DNA of 64,000 nt from Ascoidea asiatica JCM 7603 (GCA_001600695.1 BCKQ01000004.1:1416321-1480320), one strand, 5' to 3'. Shown: positions 50,092-61,503, numbered from the stretch's first letter. Numbers and translations: made by a program. The notes: generated by a model from the sequence alone, not told the origin.

Positions 50092-50400
50092 CGTTTTAGT
50101 TGTCATTAAATTTGGAAAATCTTTTTTTATTAAATTTAACCAAAGTTCATTAGAATCTTCTTTAAAAACTGAATGTTCAATTTCAATTTCTTCTAATTGT
50201 TTTGCACTCATTTTTATTAAAATTGGTTTCAAAATTAAAAAATTTGTAAAAAATCCAAAACTTTTAATTAATTTTATATTCTTATTATCATTTAATTCAT
50301 TTAAACATAATTTTGTTAATTTTGGTATCCCATTTTTTTTATAATCTAATCTATTTTTCATATCTCTCTTAATTTTATCTTCTAAAATTGTTTCATTCAT
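49168..50400 (-). CDS. ELA1: Elongin A-like protein, 410 aa
   Basis: BC-box-like IPKLTKLCLNEL, then MSAKQLEEIE...LWLNLIKKDF typical of the Elongin A domain; Lys/Asn-rich tail. Confidence 0.7.
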
Positions 50401-50789
50401 TTTTCTTTTTCTTATTTATTTATTTATTATATATAACCTTTAATCATTTATTTAATCAGATATTTAGTTATTCAGTTATTCAGTTATTCAATATTTAGAT
50501 ATATCATTAAATTATTGCTTTACTTATTTGATTAATTAACTAAAAGTTTTGATTATTTAATTATTGTATCATTCCATTAGTATTTTAAATTATAATGTTA
50601 AAGTTACTTACTTGTATTTTCAATTATTGCCCTTTTTCCAAATCATTTACGCCAAAAGATGTATGGGTGCTTACTAAGGACATCCGTACCTCAAGAAACC
50701 TCTCGATGTAAACCCACTAGACTGGCTTTAAGCTTACCTAATTGAAAAAAAAAAAATATTAAAAAGAATTTCTTCAATGCAAAAAAGAA

Positions 50790-50872
50790 TGAAGGATGCG
50801 AGGTTCGAACTCGCGCGGGAATTTCCCAGTAGATCTTAAGTCTACCGCCTTAGACCACTCGGCCAACCCTCC
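50790..50872 (-). tRNA. tRNA-Leu(TAA)
   Basis: Leu(TAA) body; shares about 32 bp of identical 3' flank with the 4068..4150 copy. Confidence 0.97.
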
Positions 50873-51214
50873 AATTTATTGTTGAAAAATGGCTTCTACA
50901 ATTGGTACTATCTTATTAATTGCGTGCTTCCTTGAGTTGAATAATTTTTGTGGCGCATTTCTTTAATATTACAAGTAAACTAGTTTTAGCTTTAGTTTTT
51001 AGGTTCTGTTACTATTTAAAACAATGATTGATAAACTTACCATGAAGACAAATAATTTTTGGTTATTTGATGTTATTTGTATTGAAAGAATGAAGAATTA
51101 ATGAAATACATAATGGATGTTTTTGAAATACTAAAAAATATTTATAGGAGAATTAAGGTATTAAGTTTTGAAGGTTGAACCCACAAAAAAAAGAAGAAAG
51201 AAAGAACAAATTAT

Positions 51215-53224
51215 TTAAATAATAGTAATATTTAATTCAGAAGGAGTTAAATCAACTTTTGAATCAAAATCTGAATGTGGTTGATCATATAAACCTAATG
51301 GAATTTGATTAATTAAATCTTTACTTTCAATAAAAACACTTGCCATTCCTGCAGCTAAATGAGTTTGAATATGACAATGAATCATCCATGCTCCTGGATT
51401 ATCTGCAACAAACCTAATGATTGCATAACCTCCAGTAATAACTGCAACATTATCAACATATGGAGGATTTTCAAAATTAAATAAATCATCTTCACCATTT
51501 TCTAAAGCTTCTTCAACTGATGAATATGGAAATGTTGATATTGAATCATTTTTAGCAATAACCCAAAATGTATGACCATGTAAATGCATTGGATGATCTG
51601 CCAATGGAGAATTTTGAAAAATTATATCAACAATATCACCAGATTCAATTCCAACATCAATTAATGAAGCACTCATACTTTCTGTGACATTCATCATTGG
51701 ATCTTCAATTAAAGAGAATAAAATTGGATAATCTAATTCCATTCCGGCATTCATTGGTGTTCCTCCATAAATTGAAAATGTTGTTTGTCCAGGTCTTGCA
51801 AGATATGTATAAATTGTTTTATCGCTTGCACCAGATTTAGGTACTAAAGTAGAATCATATGGAATTGTTTCTAAAGGATTTACTTGTTTAAAATTATCAC
51901 TTAATAATGTACCTGCAGTATTTTGATAACTTTCACCATTACTTAATAAATCTGTTTTATTTTGAATTTCTAAAGAAGTTTCATTATCATATGAGCCATA
52001 TTTTAAGTATGCATATCCATTATATAATTGTGGCATATCTGCACCAGAAATTCTAAATAAAAATGGATTTGAAATATCCTCATGCTCAGATTCTTTAGTT
52101 TTGATTAAAACTGTAAACCTTTGTCCTATTGGTAAATATAATTGTTCACCTTCAATTGGATTAACAAAAGAACCATCAATTGCAATTACAATAAATTTAT
52201 GATCATCTATACTAATACTTTTTGAAAATTCTCCTCCAATATTCATAATATTCATCATTACAAATGAATTATTATTTGTATAAATAATTTCTAAATCTGA
52301 AGTTGTATTAAAACAATCGGTCATTGTACCTGGAAATTCTAAAAGATCTTCATCATAATCAATTGAAGAAAACCCATTTAAAGCACCTAAATACATACAA
52401 CCATAAGTATCCATATAATAAGAATCTGATTCTGTAAGTGTCATAAACTTTTCATATTTAACTGAACCATCACCAGCAATAACATCTTGTGGAGTACAAT
52501 AATGACGACCTTTACCATTAATTAACATAGATTGAACACAAGTTGGATCCATACCAAATGCAAACATTTTTGAAGCTACATCATCATAAGGTTCTTTAAA
52601 CCAATCACCAATCATAAATAATTGAGGAGATTTTTCTAATTCATTTAATAAATTTAATTCATTTGAATCTTGAGTAATATTACAATATGGTTTTTCAATA
52701 TTATTTGAAGGTTGAATATAAATTGGACCAGCAATACCATCATTTGCATAACCTCTATAATGAGAATGATACCAATAAAAACCATATTGATCGGCTTTCC
52801 AAACATAAGTATAAGAATCACCAGTTAATATAGGAAATTGAGTAACACCAGCACTACCATCAGCAAAATTTGTACCTTTTTGATGAATACCATGAAAATG
52901 AATTGTTATTGGTACAGTTAAATAATTTGTAACTTCAATTACAATCCAATCACCTTGAATTGCAGAAATTTGTGGACCTGGAGATTGACCATTAATTAAA
53001 AAACCTCTTCTATATCTACCATCAGGTTTTACAGTTGTTTCTGTTAAATTCCATTCTTGATATTGTATATTTGCATTTTCAGGTATAATTGATAAGGGAT
53101 CTTCAACATATGAGTCTGAATTATGTATTAAAGTTATATTACTTAATGGAATAGCATAAGTTAAAGAACTATATTTGAAAAAATTCAAAAAAATAAGAGA
53201 AAAGAAATTGAATAAATTCCTCAT
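51215..53224 (-). CDS. Secreted multicopper oxidase (laccase-like), paralogue of 5103..7094, 669 aa
   Basis: Signal peptide; TIHFHG, WYHSH, HPMHLHGH, WMIHCHIQTHLAAGM; no TM anchor. Confidence 0.95.
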   Translation of the reverse strand: MRNLFNFFSLIFLNFFKYSSLTYAIPLSNITLIHNSDSYVEDPLSIIPENANIQYQEWNLTETTVKPDGRYRRGFLINGQSPGPQISAIQGDWIVIEVTNYLTVPITIHFHGIHQKGTNFADGSAGVTQFPILTGDSYTYVWKADQYGFYWYHSHYRGYANDGIAGPIYIQPSNNIEKPYCNITQDSNELNLLNELEKSPQLFMIGDWFKEPYDDVASKMFAFGMDPTCVQSMLINGKGRHYCTPQDVIAGDGSVKYEKFMTLTESDSYYMDTYGCMYLGALNGFSSIDYDEDLLEFPGTMTDCFNTTSDLEIIYTNNNSFVMMNIMNIGGEFSKSISIDDHKFIVIAIDGSFVNPIEGEQLYLPIGQRFTVLIKTKESEHEDISNPFLFRISGADMPQLYNGYAYLKYGSYDNETSLEIQNKTDLLSNGESYQNTAGTLLSDNFKQVNPLETIPYDSTLVPKSGASDKTIYTYLARPGQTTFSIYGGTPMNAGMELDYPILFSLIEDPMMNVTESMSASLIDVGIESGDIVDIIFQNSPLADHPMHLHGHTFWVIAKNDSISTFPYSSVEEALENGEDDLFNFENPPYVDNVAVITGGYAIIRFVADNPGAWMIHCHIQTHLAAGMASVFIESKDLINQIPLGLYDQPHSDFDSKVDLTPSELNITII

Positions 53225-54782
53225 AATGTTTTACTTTTATTTTTTTTGGCTTTTTGAAGGAACGTTAATGATATCAAAGACAATTTCTAAGAAAATAAAT
53301 TATCAATGAAATGAAAATGAGCAAATTAAACTACATTGGTTAAAAATTAAAAGAGATTTTTTCTTATTTATATTTTTTCATATAAAACAAAATGAAATAA
53401 TATCTTGCATGTTTTAAGATAAAAAAAGCATTTTAAAGAAAAGAAAAAAATTATAAACCGAAAGTGAAGAGAATTGTAGAATATTAAGTTTTTTGGTAAT
53501 AAAAACTATTTAGAGTTTTTTGTTTTGAATAATAAGTTTTATAGTTTACAAAAATATGACTAGAGAAATATTGAGATATTGAGATATTGAAATATTGAAA
53601 TATTTCAAAATTTCAATAAAAAATATTGAATGATATAATCATAGGGATATAAATCCACTTGGAAACCGGATAATTGTTAAAAAATGGGAAACAAAGTTGG
53701 AAGTTTCACTAATAGAACATGAAATTCAATCTGAAAATGAAAAATGCTGAAATGATGGTAGAAAAAGATCTAAATTAAAGCAGGTATGAGACTTTCTCGA
53801 TTTGGAACATTTCCTTTCAAAATCAAGGAAATTAGTCTCCACAAAGAATATGATTAAAATTATATTTTAGAAACTTCAGTACATAATTGTAGTATGTATT
53901 CCTCTTACAAAAGCAGAATCATTTTGCTGTCTTATAATTAATTAATTAACAGAGCTAGATAATCCAAAACAGTGGAAGACAAAAAGTAGGTACAGTATCT
54001 GTTAATAATTGTTCAATTCATAACAATATCTCTTTGATAATACTAAATTTGAGTAAACTGCTAAAGCAACATTACTGGTACAAAAAGTAGTCGTAAAATT
54101 TCCTTCCCATTTCAAAAGGAACAGATTCTGGCATTAATCCTGGGATTATTTGTGAGAATGAATTTTTCTCGGCTGTTCTTGTAATAGCCCAAGTTATTAT
54201 CAGATTGTTTTTCAAGCTTTTGCAAGGCAAATCCAATACCAGATATTGAAGTCAATGCAAACAACTTGCATTTAAACTTAAGGCAGTAAGAATTGTTCAA
54301 ACAGGAAATTTGCTGTCTCTGGTAGAAATTGAACAAGCTAGCTAGTCTATTTGGCAGTAATGTTAGTTTTTATTACTTTTCATCATCAGAGATAGAATAA
54401 ATAGTGAGAGTCGATTATTTGAATCCTCGCTTCTTCTTGTCTGTGGTTTTTCGGTTTTGAAGCTTTGAAACATAAATGGATTTAGTATCGGACTCGGCTG
54501 GCATGCTTTTGTAGTGTAGTGCAGTACAGTAGAGCTAAAGCAGAGCAGAAACGTTTGTTTGCAATTCGCCATTTCTCTGCTCTTCAACCTGGAACCAGCC
54601 ACATTTCCCAAGTATCCTTGTATTTGGTTCTCTGAACACTCTAGCATAACGCCTCGATACGGCTAGTGTTTTAGTGGCGCTATAATGAGAATGAGAACAA
54701 AAGTTGAAGTATTCTAGGCCGGTTGCACTAGATTATTTTTGACATGTCCTAGAAAGATAATAAAAAAAAAAGCCAAAAAAAG

Positions 54783-54882
54783 TCTCCTGGGGGTGAGTCT
54801 ATCACCCGATCTCAAGATAACTTTGATTCTCACAAAGTGAAACATTACAGTCTCGCGCCTTAGCCAGCTTGGCCACCAAGAG
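54783..54882 (-). tRNA. tRNA-Tyr(GTA) with 26-nt intron; aberrant T-loop (possible pseudo-tRNA)
   Basis: CTCTTGGTGGCCAAGCTGGCTAAGGCGCGAGACTGTAA[26 nt]ATCTTGAGATCGGGTG-ATAGACT-CACCCCCAGGAGA; stems intact but loop is ATAGACT, not TTCGACT. Confidence 0.88.
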
Positions 54883-55440
54883 AGCTTTATGAAATAATTG
54901 AAACAGAAGAGCTTCAGTAGTACTGTACTAATAACAGTTTGACTTGTTTTTGTATCACATGACATATCCATTTAATAAGCAATATTATCACAGAAAACAG
55001 TTAAAATATATGGAACCGGTTTCCTAATTTAGGCATGTTTTCAGTGAATATAAAAAGAAAGCTCTGAAGTAGGAAATCATCTCAGGACTTTGTTTATAAA
55101 GTACGCAAATGAAGAAGATTAATAGCTTCTAAGAATCCTTTCGTTCAACAAGAATTTTAACTAGAAAGGAGATTAAGCGTACTTTAACTTAATACTGGAA
55201 AGCAATGAACCACTTTTGCAAAAAGCAACATAATTTATTTCAACTATTTTGAAATTTAACATAGCTGAAAGTGAAAAATTCTGTACTTCAAAAATGATAA
55301 TCATTATAAATATGAAAAAGATTCTCTTTTTATATTAGATTAATTAGATAAATTCAAATCATCCAAATTGTCATTCATATAATTTAATATAAATCAATTA
55401 AAAATAACAAGCTTATATTACTTTTAAACTCCAATTCAAA

Positions 55441-55806
55441 ATGCCTATGAAATATACTCCAAGAAAAGAAGGTTTTGAAAAAAAACCACCTCAAATTCCA
55501 TCTCCTGGTAATAATTCATTCTTAGGTGATATTTTCACTTCTGAAGCTCCAAAAGAAGAACAAATTTCTTGTGGTTTTTATAAACAAGAAAAAGGTGAAC
55601 CTTTAGTTTATCATTATGATTATGATGAAATGAAAGTTATTTTAGAAGTTGAAGGTGAATATTTAATTTCTGATGAAACTGGTTATAAAGTTAGTGTTAA
55701 ACCTGGTGATGTATTTTATTTTAAAAAAGGTTGTACTATAACTTTTGAAACTACTGGTTATGGTTATGCTTTCTTCACTGGTTTACGTCCAGCTGATTGT
55801 GCTTAA
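55441..55806 (+). CDS. Small cupin (EutQ / Cupin_3-like), 121 aa
   Basis: ISCGFY...PLVYHYDYDEMKVILE...VKPGDVFYFKKGCTITF pattern; strongly biased codons. Confidence 0.8.
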   Translation: MPMKYTPRKEGFEKKPPQIPSPGNNSFLGDIFTSEAPKEEQISCGFYKQEKGEPLVYHYDYDEMKVILEVEGEYLISDETGYKVSVKPGDVFYFKKGCTITFETTGYGYAFFTGLRPADCA

Positions 55807-56408
55807 TTTTATTTTATTCTCTTTTTAAAAATCATCTCTACATATTATTTCTTTAATATTCTATAGAAAATATTCTCAAAAAATTTATCATTTATTACTA
55901 ATACTTATTAGTCATTGTTTTTTTTTTTCGCTTCATACTTTATTCTTCATCTGTATCTTTGAATAAATATTAAATTTTTCAATGAATTGTCAATTTATCT
56001 TTTTCTATTCGCAAAAAATCAAGGCTTTGAACAACACATTTATGGTGAATGTTGGATAGTCGTGTTTATTAATAGAGCCCTGACGCCTGTTGACGCATAG
56101 CCCAGAAAAATATGCAATTCTTGCAAACTTTAAAGAAATACCAAGAAATATTTGAAGAATTCAAAACTTTTATTGAAATAATAAAATTTCTTGGTTAATT
56201 ATTGTTAAAAGAATACTTGTAAAAATAGTACCAATACAGTTCTCATTTCTAAAAACAATGAATGTTGACACCTAAAGTTTAAATGCTCCAATTTTTTTCA
56301 TTGATACCCTTTTAATGATATATTATATTGTTTCAATCATATTAATTTAATCAAATTCTTTTGCAAAAAAATCTATTTTATAATTAAAATAAGTGAACAA
56401 TATTTGAA

Positions 56409-57782
56409 ATGAAATATTTAATATCTGTATTCAGTCTATTGTATTCCATAAGATGTATAACCTCTTTAACATTAGATATAACTTCAAAAACATCAATATG
56501 TAATGCTGCTGCTTTGGTTCAAGATGGTGTTTTAGATTATTATCAAGGAACAACATATGGTGGTACTGTTGGTATGTTTGTAAATCCATATTATTGGTGG
56601 GAAGCAGGTGAAGCATTTGGTAGTTTAATTGATGCTTGGTATTTTTGCGATAATGATACTTATGGAGATTTAATATATGATGCTTTAATGCATCAACGAG
56701 GTGATGATAATGATTATATTCCTTCAAATCAATCAACTACCGAAGGTAATGATGATCAAGGATTTTGGGGTTTAGCAGTATTAGAAGCTGTTGAAAAAAA
56801 TTTCACTAATCCACCAGATTCTGAACCCGGTTGGTTAGCTTTAGTTCAAGCTGTTTATAATACTATAAATTCAAGATGGGATTCTGATAATTGTGATGGA
56901 GGTTTAAGATGGCAAATTTTTACTTGGAATAATGGCTATAGTTATAAAAATACTGTTGCAAATGGTTGTTTATTCAATATTGCTGCAAGATTAGCAAGAT
57001 ATACAGAAAATGATACATATTCTGATACTGCTGAAAAAGTTTGGAATTGGTTAGTTGATGTTGAATTTATAAATATTACTAATGGTGATGCAAGCAATCC
57101 ATTATTTTATATTAATGATGGTGCTAATGTTGGTACAAATTGTACAGATTTTACAAGAACTGAATATACTTATAATTATGGTTTATTTATATCTGGTTGC
57201 GCATATCTTTATAATTATACCGAAGATGAAAAATGGTTAAATAGTTTAAATGGTTTATTAACTACAGTTGGTTCAAAATTTTTTAAAGATGATGTAATGT
57301 ATGAGGCTTCATGTCAAAATGCAGGAACTTGTAATAATGATCAAAGATCTTTTAAATCTGTATTTTCAAGATTTTTATCTCAAGCTTCAATATTAGCTCC
57401 AACTACATATGATACTGTTAGACCATGGATTGAAGCAAGTGCTTCTGGAGCTGCTTCTTCGTGTTCTGGAGGTTCAGATGGTCATACATGTGGATTAAAT
57501 TGGAATAAAGGATCATGGGATAGTAAATATGGTTTAGGGGAACAAATTTCTGCTTTAGAAATTATAGTTAATTTATTAGCTCCAGAAAAACATGCACCAT
57601 TTTCAAACTCAACAGGAGGAACTTCAACAGGAGATTCAACAGCAGGTTTAGATTCTTCTTCTAATAAATATTTTTCTCAAAATGATTTAACAATTACAAG
57701 TAAGGATAAAATTGGAGCAGGAATTTTAACAGCTGTATTATTGACAGTTATGCTAGGAATCTCCATTTGGATGATTATTTGA
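56409..57782 (+). CDS. GH76 alpha-1,6-mannanase/transglycosidase, GPI-anchored (Dfg5/Dcw1 family), 457 aa
   Basis: Signal peptide, PYYWWEAG, catalytic EGNDDQGFW, GGLRWQ, YKNT; C-terminal hydrophobic GPI signal. Cannot separate DFG5 from DCW1 by eye. Confidence 0.94.
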   Translation: MKYLISVFSLLYSIRCITSLTLDITSKTSICNAAALVQDGVLDYYQGTTYGGTVGMFVNPYYWWEAGEAFGSLIDAWYFCDNDTYGDLIYDALMHQRGDDNDYIPSNQSTTEGNDDQGFWGLAVLEAVEKNFTNPPDSEPGWLALVQAVYNTINSRWDSDNCDGGLRWQIFTWNNGYSYKNTVANGCLFNIAARLARYTENDTYSDTAEKVWNWLVDVEFINITNGDASNPLFYINDGANVGTNCTDFTRTEYTYNYGLFISGCAYLYNYTEDEKWLNSLNGLLTTVGSKFFKDDVMYEASCQNAGTCNNDQRSFKSVFSRFLSQASILAPTTYDTVRPWIEASASGAASSCSGGSDGHTCGLNWNKGSWDSKYGLGEQISALEIIVNLLAPEKHAPFSNSTGGTSTGDSTAGLDSSSNKYFSQNDLTITSKDKIGAGILTAVLLTVMLGISIWMII

Positions 57783-58138
57783 TAAAAGTATATTATATTC
57801 TATTATATTATATCAAATTCAGTAACAATAATTTCAATTGTTATATAATTTCATAATCTTGGGGTCGTACCAACCAATAAACAGGAATTTTGGATTTAAA
57901 TCCAATAGTAATTTGGCAGCTGTTGTTGGAATTTGAATATGAAGTAAATAGATTTTTGATGTGAAATAGATAACGATTTTTTAGTGATTTTATAAATTTT
58001 ATAAATTTAATAGTAGTATGATTGTATAATTGTATAATTTAAAGTAAAACTCATTTAAACAATTAAAAAGTAATAATAGTTTAAATAAAAAAAGGTATCA
58101 ACTAATTAAATCTAAAATTTAAAATATGTAAAAAGAAA

Positions 58139-58212
58139 CGACCCCGGACAGGATCGAACTGTCGATCTTGAGATTAACAGTCTCACGCCTTAGCCAGCTT
58201 GGCCACGGAGTC
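58139..58212 (-). tRNA. tRNA-Asn(GTT)
   Basis: GACTCCGTGGCCAAGCTGGCTAAGGCGTGAGACTGTTAATCTCAAGATCGACAGTTCGATCCTGTCCGGGGTCG. Confidence 0.96.
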
Positions 58213-58585
58213 TTAAGCTATAGCAGCCAAAAATATTAATAGCTGATATGCAGAAACTCAAATTTGATATAGTTGAATAGCGATTTCCTTCTTGAAATGG
58301 GACATATCAGCTAAGTCTGACCACTTAAAGTGTTATTTCAACATACAAAACAAGAAATAACATGCCGAGATATGCCTCTTGAAATTGGAATGAAAGTTGA
58401 AGGAGGTGTTGAGGTTATGAAATCTCGGGAAGATTACTAATAAAAAGCAAGAACTGATAAGACTTAAAGCTACGTCCTTAATTATTAGTTTTTTATTTTA
58501 CTTTCTAAAATACCAATCGAGTATTTATTGCAATTGATAAAGCTCATTACTTAGAAATTATTTAAATAATAAACAATATAGTAAG

Positions 58586-59659
58586 ATGTCAAAGATTGAG
58601 AATAAAAATAATATGAATAAGAATATTGAAGTACCATTTGCAAGAGTTGGGAACTCAGGATTGAAAATCTCAAGAATTATAGTTGGTTGTATGTCATATG
58701 GAAGTAAAACATGGGCAGATTGGGTAGAAGACGATGAAGAAAAAATAATGAAGATTCTAAAGAAATGTTATGAATTTGGATTAAGAACATTTGATACAGC
58801 AGATGTTTATAGTAATGGAGTTTCAGAAATTTTATTAGGGAAATTTATTAAGAAATTTAATATTAAAAGGGATACAATTGTTATTTTATCAAAATGTTTT
58901 TTTCCAGTTAATGATCCAAATCTATCAAGAAATGATCCAAATATAAAAGAATTTGATTTAATTAATTGTAAAGGATTATCAAGAAAACATATATTTGAGG
59001 CTGCAGAAAATTCAGTTAAAAGATTAGGAACATATATTGATATTTATCAAATTCATAGGTTTGATCCAGAAACTCCACAATTTGAAACAATGAAAGCTTT
59101 AAATGATATTATTGAAAAGGGATACTGCAGATATATTGGTGCTTCATCAATGAAAACTTATCAATTTATGCATTTTCAACATTTAGCAGAATTAAATAAA
59201 TGGCATAAATTCATTTCAATGCAAAATTATTATAATTTATTATATCGTGAAGAAGAAAGAGAAATGATTCCCTATTGTAATGAAAGTGAAATTGGATTGT
59301 TACCATGGTCACCAAATGCAAGAGGTATTTTAACTAGACCAGTTGAGAAGACTAAAGATTCGGTCCGTTTTAAATCAGATTTAGGAAGAATTAAAACTTT
59401 AAAAATCGATGGAGATTCAATTGAAGAATCAGATAAAGAAATTATCAATAGAGTTCAAATCCTAGCTACTAAAAAAGAAGTTTCCATGGCATCAATATCA
59501 ACAGCGTGGGTTTTATCCAAAGGGTATTCGCCAATAGTTGGTATCAGCTCAGAACAAAGAGTTGAGGATACAATAAAAGCATTTGCAGTTGAATTAAGTA
59601 AAGAAGATATTAAATATCTAGAAGAACCATATTCCCCAAAGCCTGTTTCTTACTTTTGA
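58586..59659 (+). CDS. Aldo-keto reductase (aryl-alcohol dehydrogenase / YPL088W-like), 357 aa
   Basis: GNSGLKIS, FDTADVYSNG, SK, QIHRFD, RYIGASSM, QNYYNLLYREEEREM, PWSP motifs. Confidence 0.93.
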   Translation: MSKIENKNNMNKNIEVPFARVGNSGLKISRIIVGCMSYGSKTWADWVEDDEEKIMKILKKCYEFGLRTFDTADVYSNGVSEILLGKFIKKFNIKRDTIVILSKCFFPVNDPNLSRNDPNIKEFDLINCKGLSRKHIFEAAENSVKRLGTYIDIYQIHRFDPETPQFETMKALNDIIEKGYCRYIGASSMKTYQFMHFQHLAELNKWHKFISMQNYYNLLYREEEREMIPYCNESEIGLLPWSPNARGILTRPVEKTKDSVRFKSDLGRIKTLKIDGDSIEESDKEIINRVQILATKKEVSMASISTAWVLSKGYSPIVGISSEQRVEDTIKAFAVELSKEDIKYLEEPYSPKPVSYF

Positions 59660-59697
59660 ATACTTTTGAATACTTTTGAATACTTTTGAATACTTTT
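59651..59697 (+). repeat. 10-bp tandem repeat (TACTTTTGAA)x4.7 overlapping the AKR stop codon
   Basis: Directly visible. Confidence 0.95.
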
Positions 59698-60234
59698 CTA
59701 TATGTTCTATATCTATTATATGTATTGTAGTATTTTCATTTACATACTGATATCATCTTAATCATTTTTCCTCTCTCAATAAATTTATGTGTTTAAGAAT
59801 TTAATAGAAATTCACTGCGATCGAGAAACAAGACCCGAAAGACTGGTCTCTAGCGCCTTCTGATCCTGATAATTCACTCGTGCTTTCTGCAGCCGATTAT
59901 CTTATCTTCTTATTGGGGCTCATTCTTGAAACTATATTTTGATCTCTCTCACTGAAGAATATATTTCATTGAAGAGCTTTAAAATAATGGAATACATTTC
60001 ATGCAATATTGGCTAATTTGATATATATTATACTTTATCTGATCTTTTCAGTTCTTTCAGTTCTTTCAAAATTATTTATTTACTCCTTTTGTTCCTTTTA
60101 ATAGAAACTATTGGGTGCAGATTCTAATTTCCTTATCATAAATTTCCAGTCAGATTCATATTAAATTGAATTAACTTGGAATAGTTTTATCAAATTTAAA
60201 TTCAAGTTCAGATAACTTTTTAAGTAAAAATTTC

Positions 60235-61503
60235 ATGATGACATCTAAATCTGATACTTTCATGTTAATTTTTTTTGTTGCTGGTCTTTTAATAACCGGA
60301 TGTTTGAATTCAATCTTCACAAAATATCAGGATAATCAATGTGTATCAAATTGTGATCCAGATTCACCAGGTGATAAAGAACTATTTGAACAACCTGTTT
60401 TACAAACTCTACAGATGTTTTTAGGTGAATCCTCTTGCTGGTTTATTGTTCTTTTAAATTATTATCTAAGAAAAAGAAATTATAAAACCAATGCAATATA
60501 TTCTAACTCTTCTGCACTTCAACAATCCCTTCACCAATCTTTTCAACAAGATCAATTAGCAGCGAATAATGAAGATTTGGTTTCTGCATTTCATGAAAAA
60601 AAACCTGTAAACTTTAAAAATTCAAGAATTTTATCTCTACCTGCCATTTGTGATATTTTAGGAACAACTTTGATGAATGTGGGGTTATTATATACTCCAG
60701 TTTCAATTTATCAAATGACAAGAGGATCTTTAGTCATTTTTGTTGCTATTTTTTCAATTATTTTCCTCAATAAAAAAATCAATAAAATTGAGTGGCTATC
60801 ATTGATGATTGTCTTTTTAGGTGTTGCAATTGTTGGTTTATCTGGATCATCTGGGTCGTCTGAATCTTCTGCTTCGAAAACACTTCAAAATGTTCAATCT
60901 TCTACTTCAAATGAATTCAATTTAAAAGTTATACTCGGAATTTCTTTAGTTTTATTAGGACAAATTTTTACTGCTTCTCAATTTGTAATTGAAGAACACG
61001 TATTATCCAATCTAAAAATATCTCCGGAAACAGTTGTTGGTTATGAAGGTTCTTATGGAACTATAATTACTTTTATTTCAATGATTATTTTTCATTTTTT
61101 AATTGGTAAAACTCCATTTAATTTAATTGAATCATTTTCTCAAATGTTTGAAAATTCAAAAATTTTACTATCTTCAATTGCAATAATGCTTTCAATCGCA
61201 TGTTTCAATTTTTTTGGAATCTCAATAACAAATAAATTGTCTGCAACTTCAAGATCAACAATCGATACTTGTAGAACTTTATTAGTTTGGTTTGTTTCAA
61301 TGATATTAGGATGGGAAGTTTTCAAATTTTTACAATTATTTGGCTTTATTTTATTAGTGTTTGGTACTTTAGTATTCAACAAAGTAATATTTATTGATTC
61401 TTACTTACCTAATTTTTTCAGAGATGATATTAAAAATATTGTAAATTTTGATAATGAACCGTTATTAAACTCGGTAGTAGATGAACAAATTGAAAGAATG
61501 TAA
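60235..61503 (+). CDS. SLC35F6-like nucleotide-sugar/DMT-family transporter, 422 aa
   Basis: FEQPVLQTLQMFLGE, LPAICD, SIYQMTRG, QFVIEE, VVGYEG, SATSRSTIDTCRT motifs; about 10 TM segments. Confidence 0.88.
   Translation: MMTSKSDTFMLIFFVAGLLITGCLNSIFTKYQDNQCVSNCDPDSPGDKELFEQPVLQTLQMFLGESSCWFIVLLNYYLRKRNYKTNAIYSNSSALQQSLHQSFQQDQLAANNEDLVSAFHEKKPVNFKNSRILSLPAICDILGTTLMNVGLLYTPVSIYQMTRGSLVIFVAIFSIIFLNKKINKIEWLSLMIVFLGVAIVGLSGSSGSSESSASKTLQNVQSSTSNEFNLKVILGISLVLLGQIFTASQFVIEEHVLSNLKISPETVVGYEGSYGTIITFISMIIFHFLIGKTPFNLIESFSQMFENSKILLSSIAIMLSIACFNFFGISITNKLSATSRSTIDTCRTLLVWFVSMILGWEVFKFLQLFGFILLVFGTLVFNKVIFIDSYLPNFFRDDIKNIVNFDNEPLLNSVVDEQIERM

Noticed and set aside
51215-53224. Calling the oxidases FET3/FET5
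   Set aside because: No C-terminal TM helix, Met axial ligand, no neighbouring iron permease.
55441-61503. Four co-oriented genes (cupin, GH76, AKR, SLC35) as a metabolic cluster
   Set aside because: No shared pathway is evident; GH76 and SLC35F6-like genes are ordinary conserved fungal genes.
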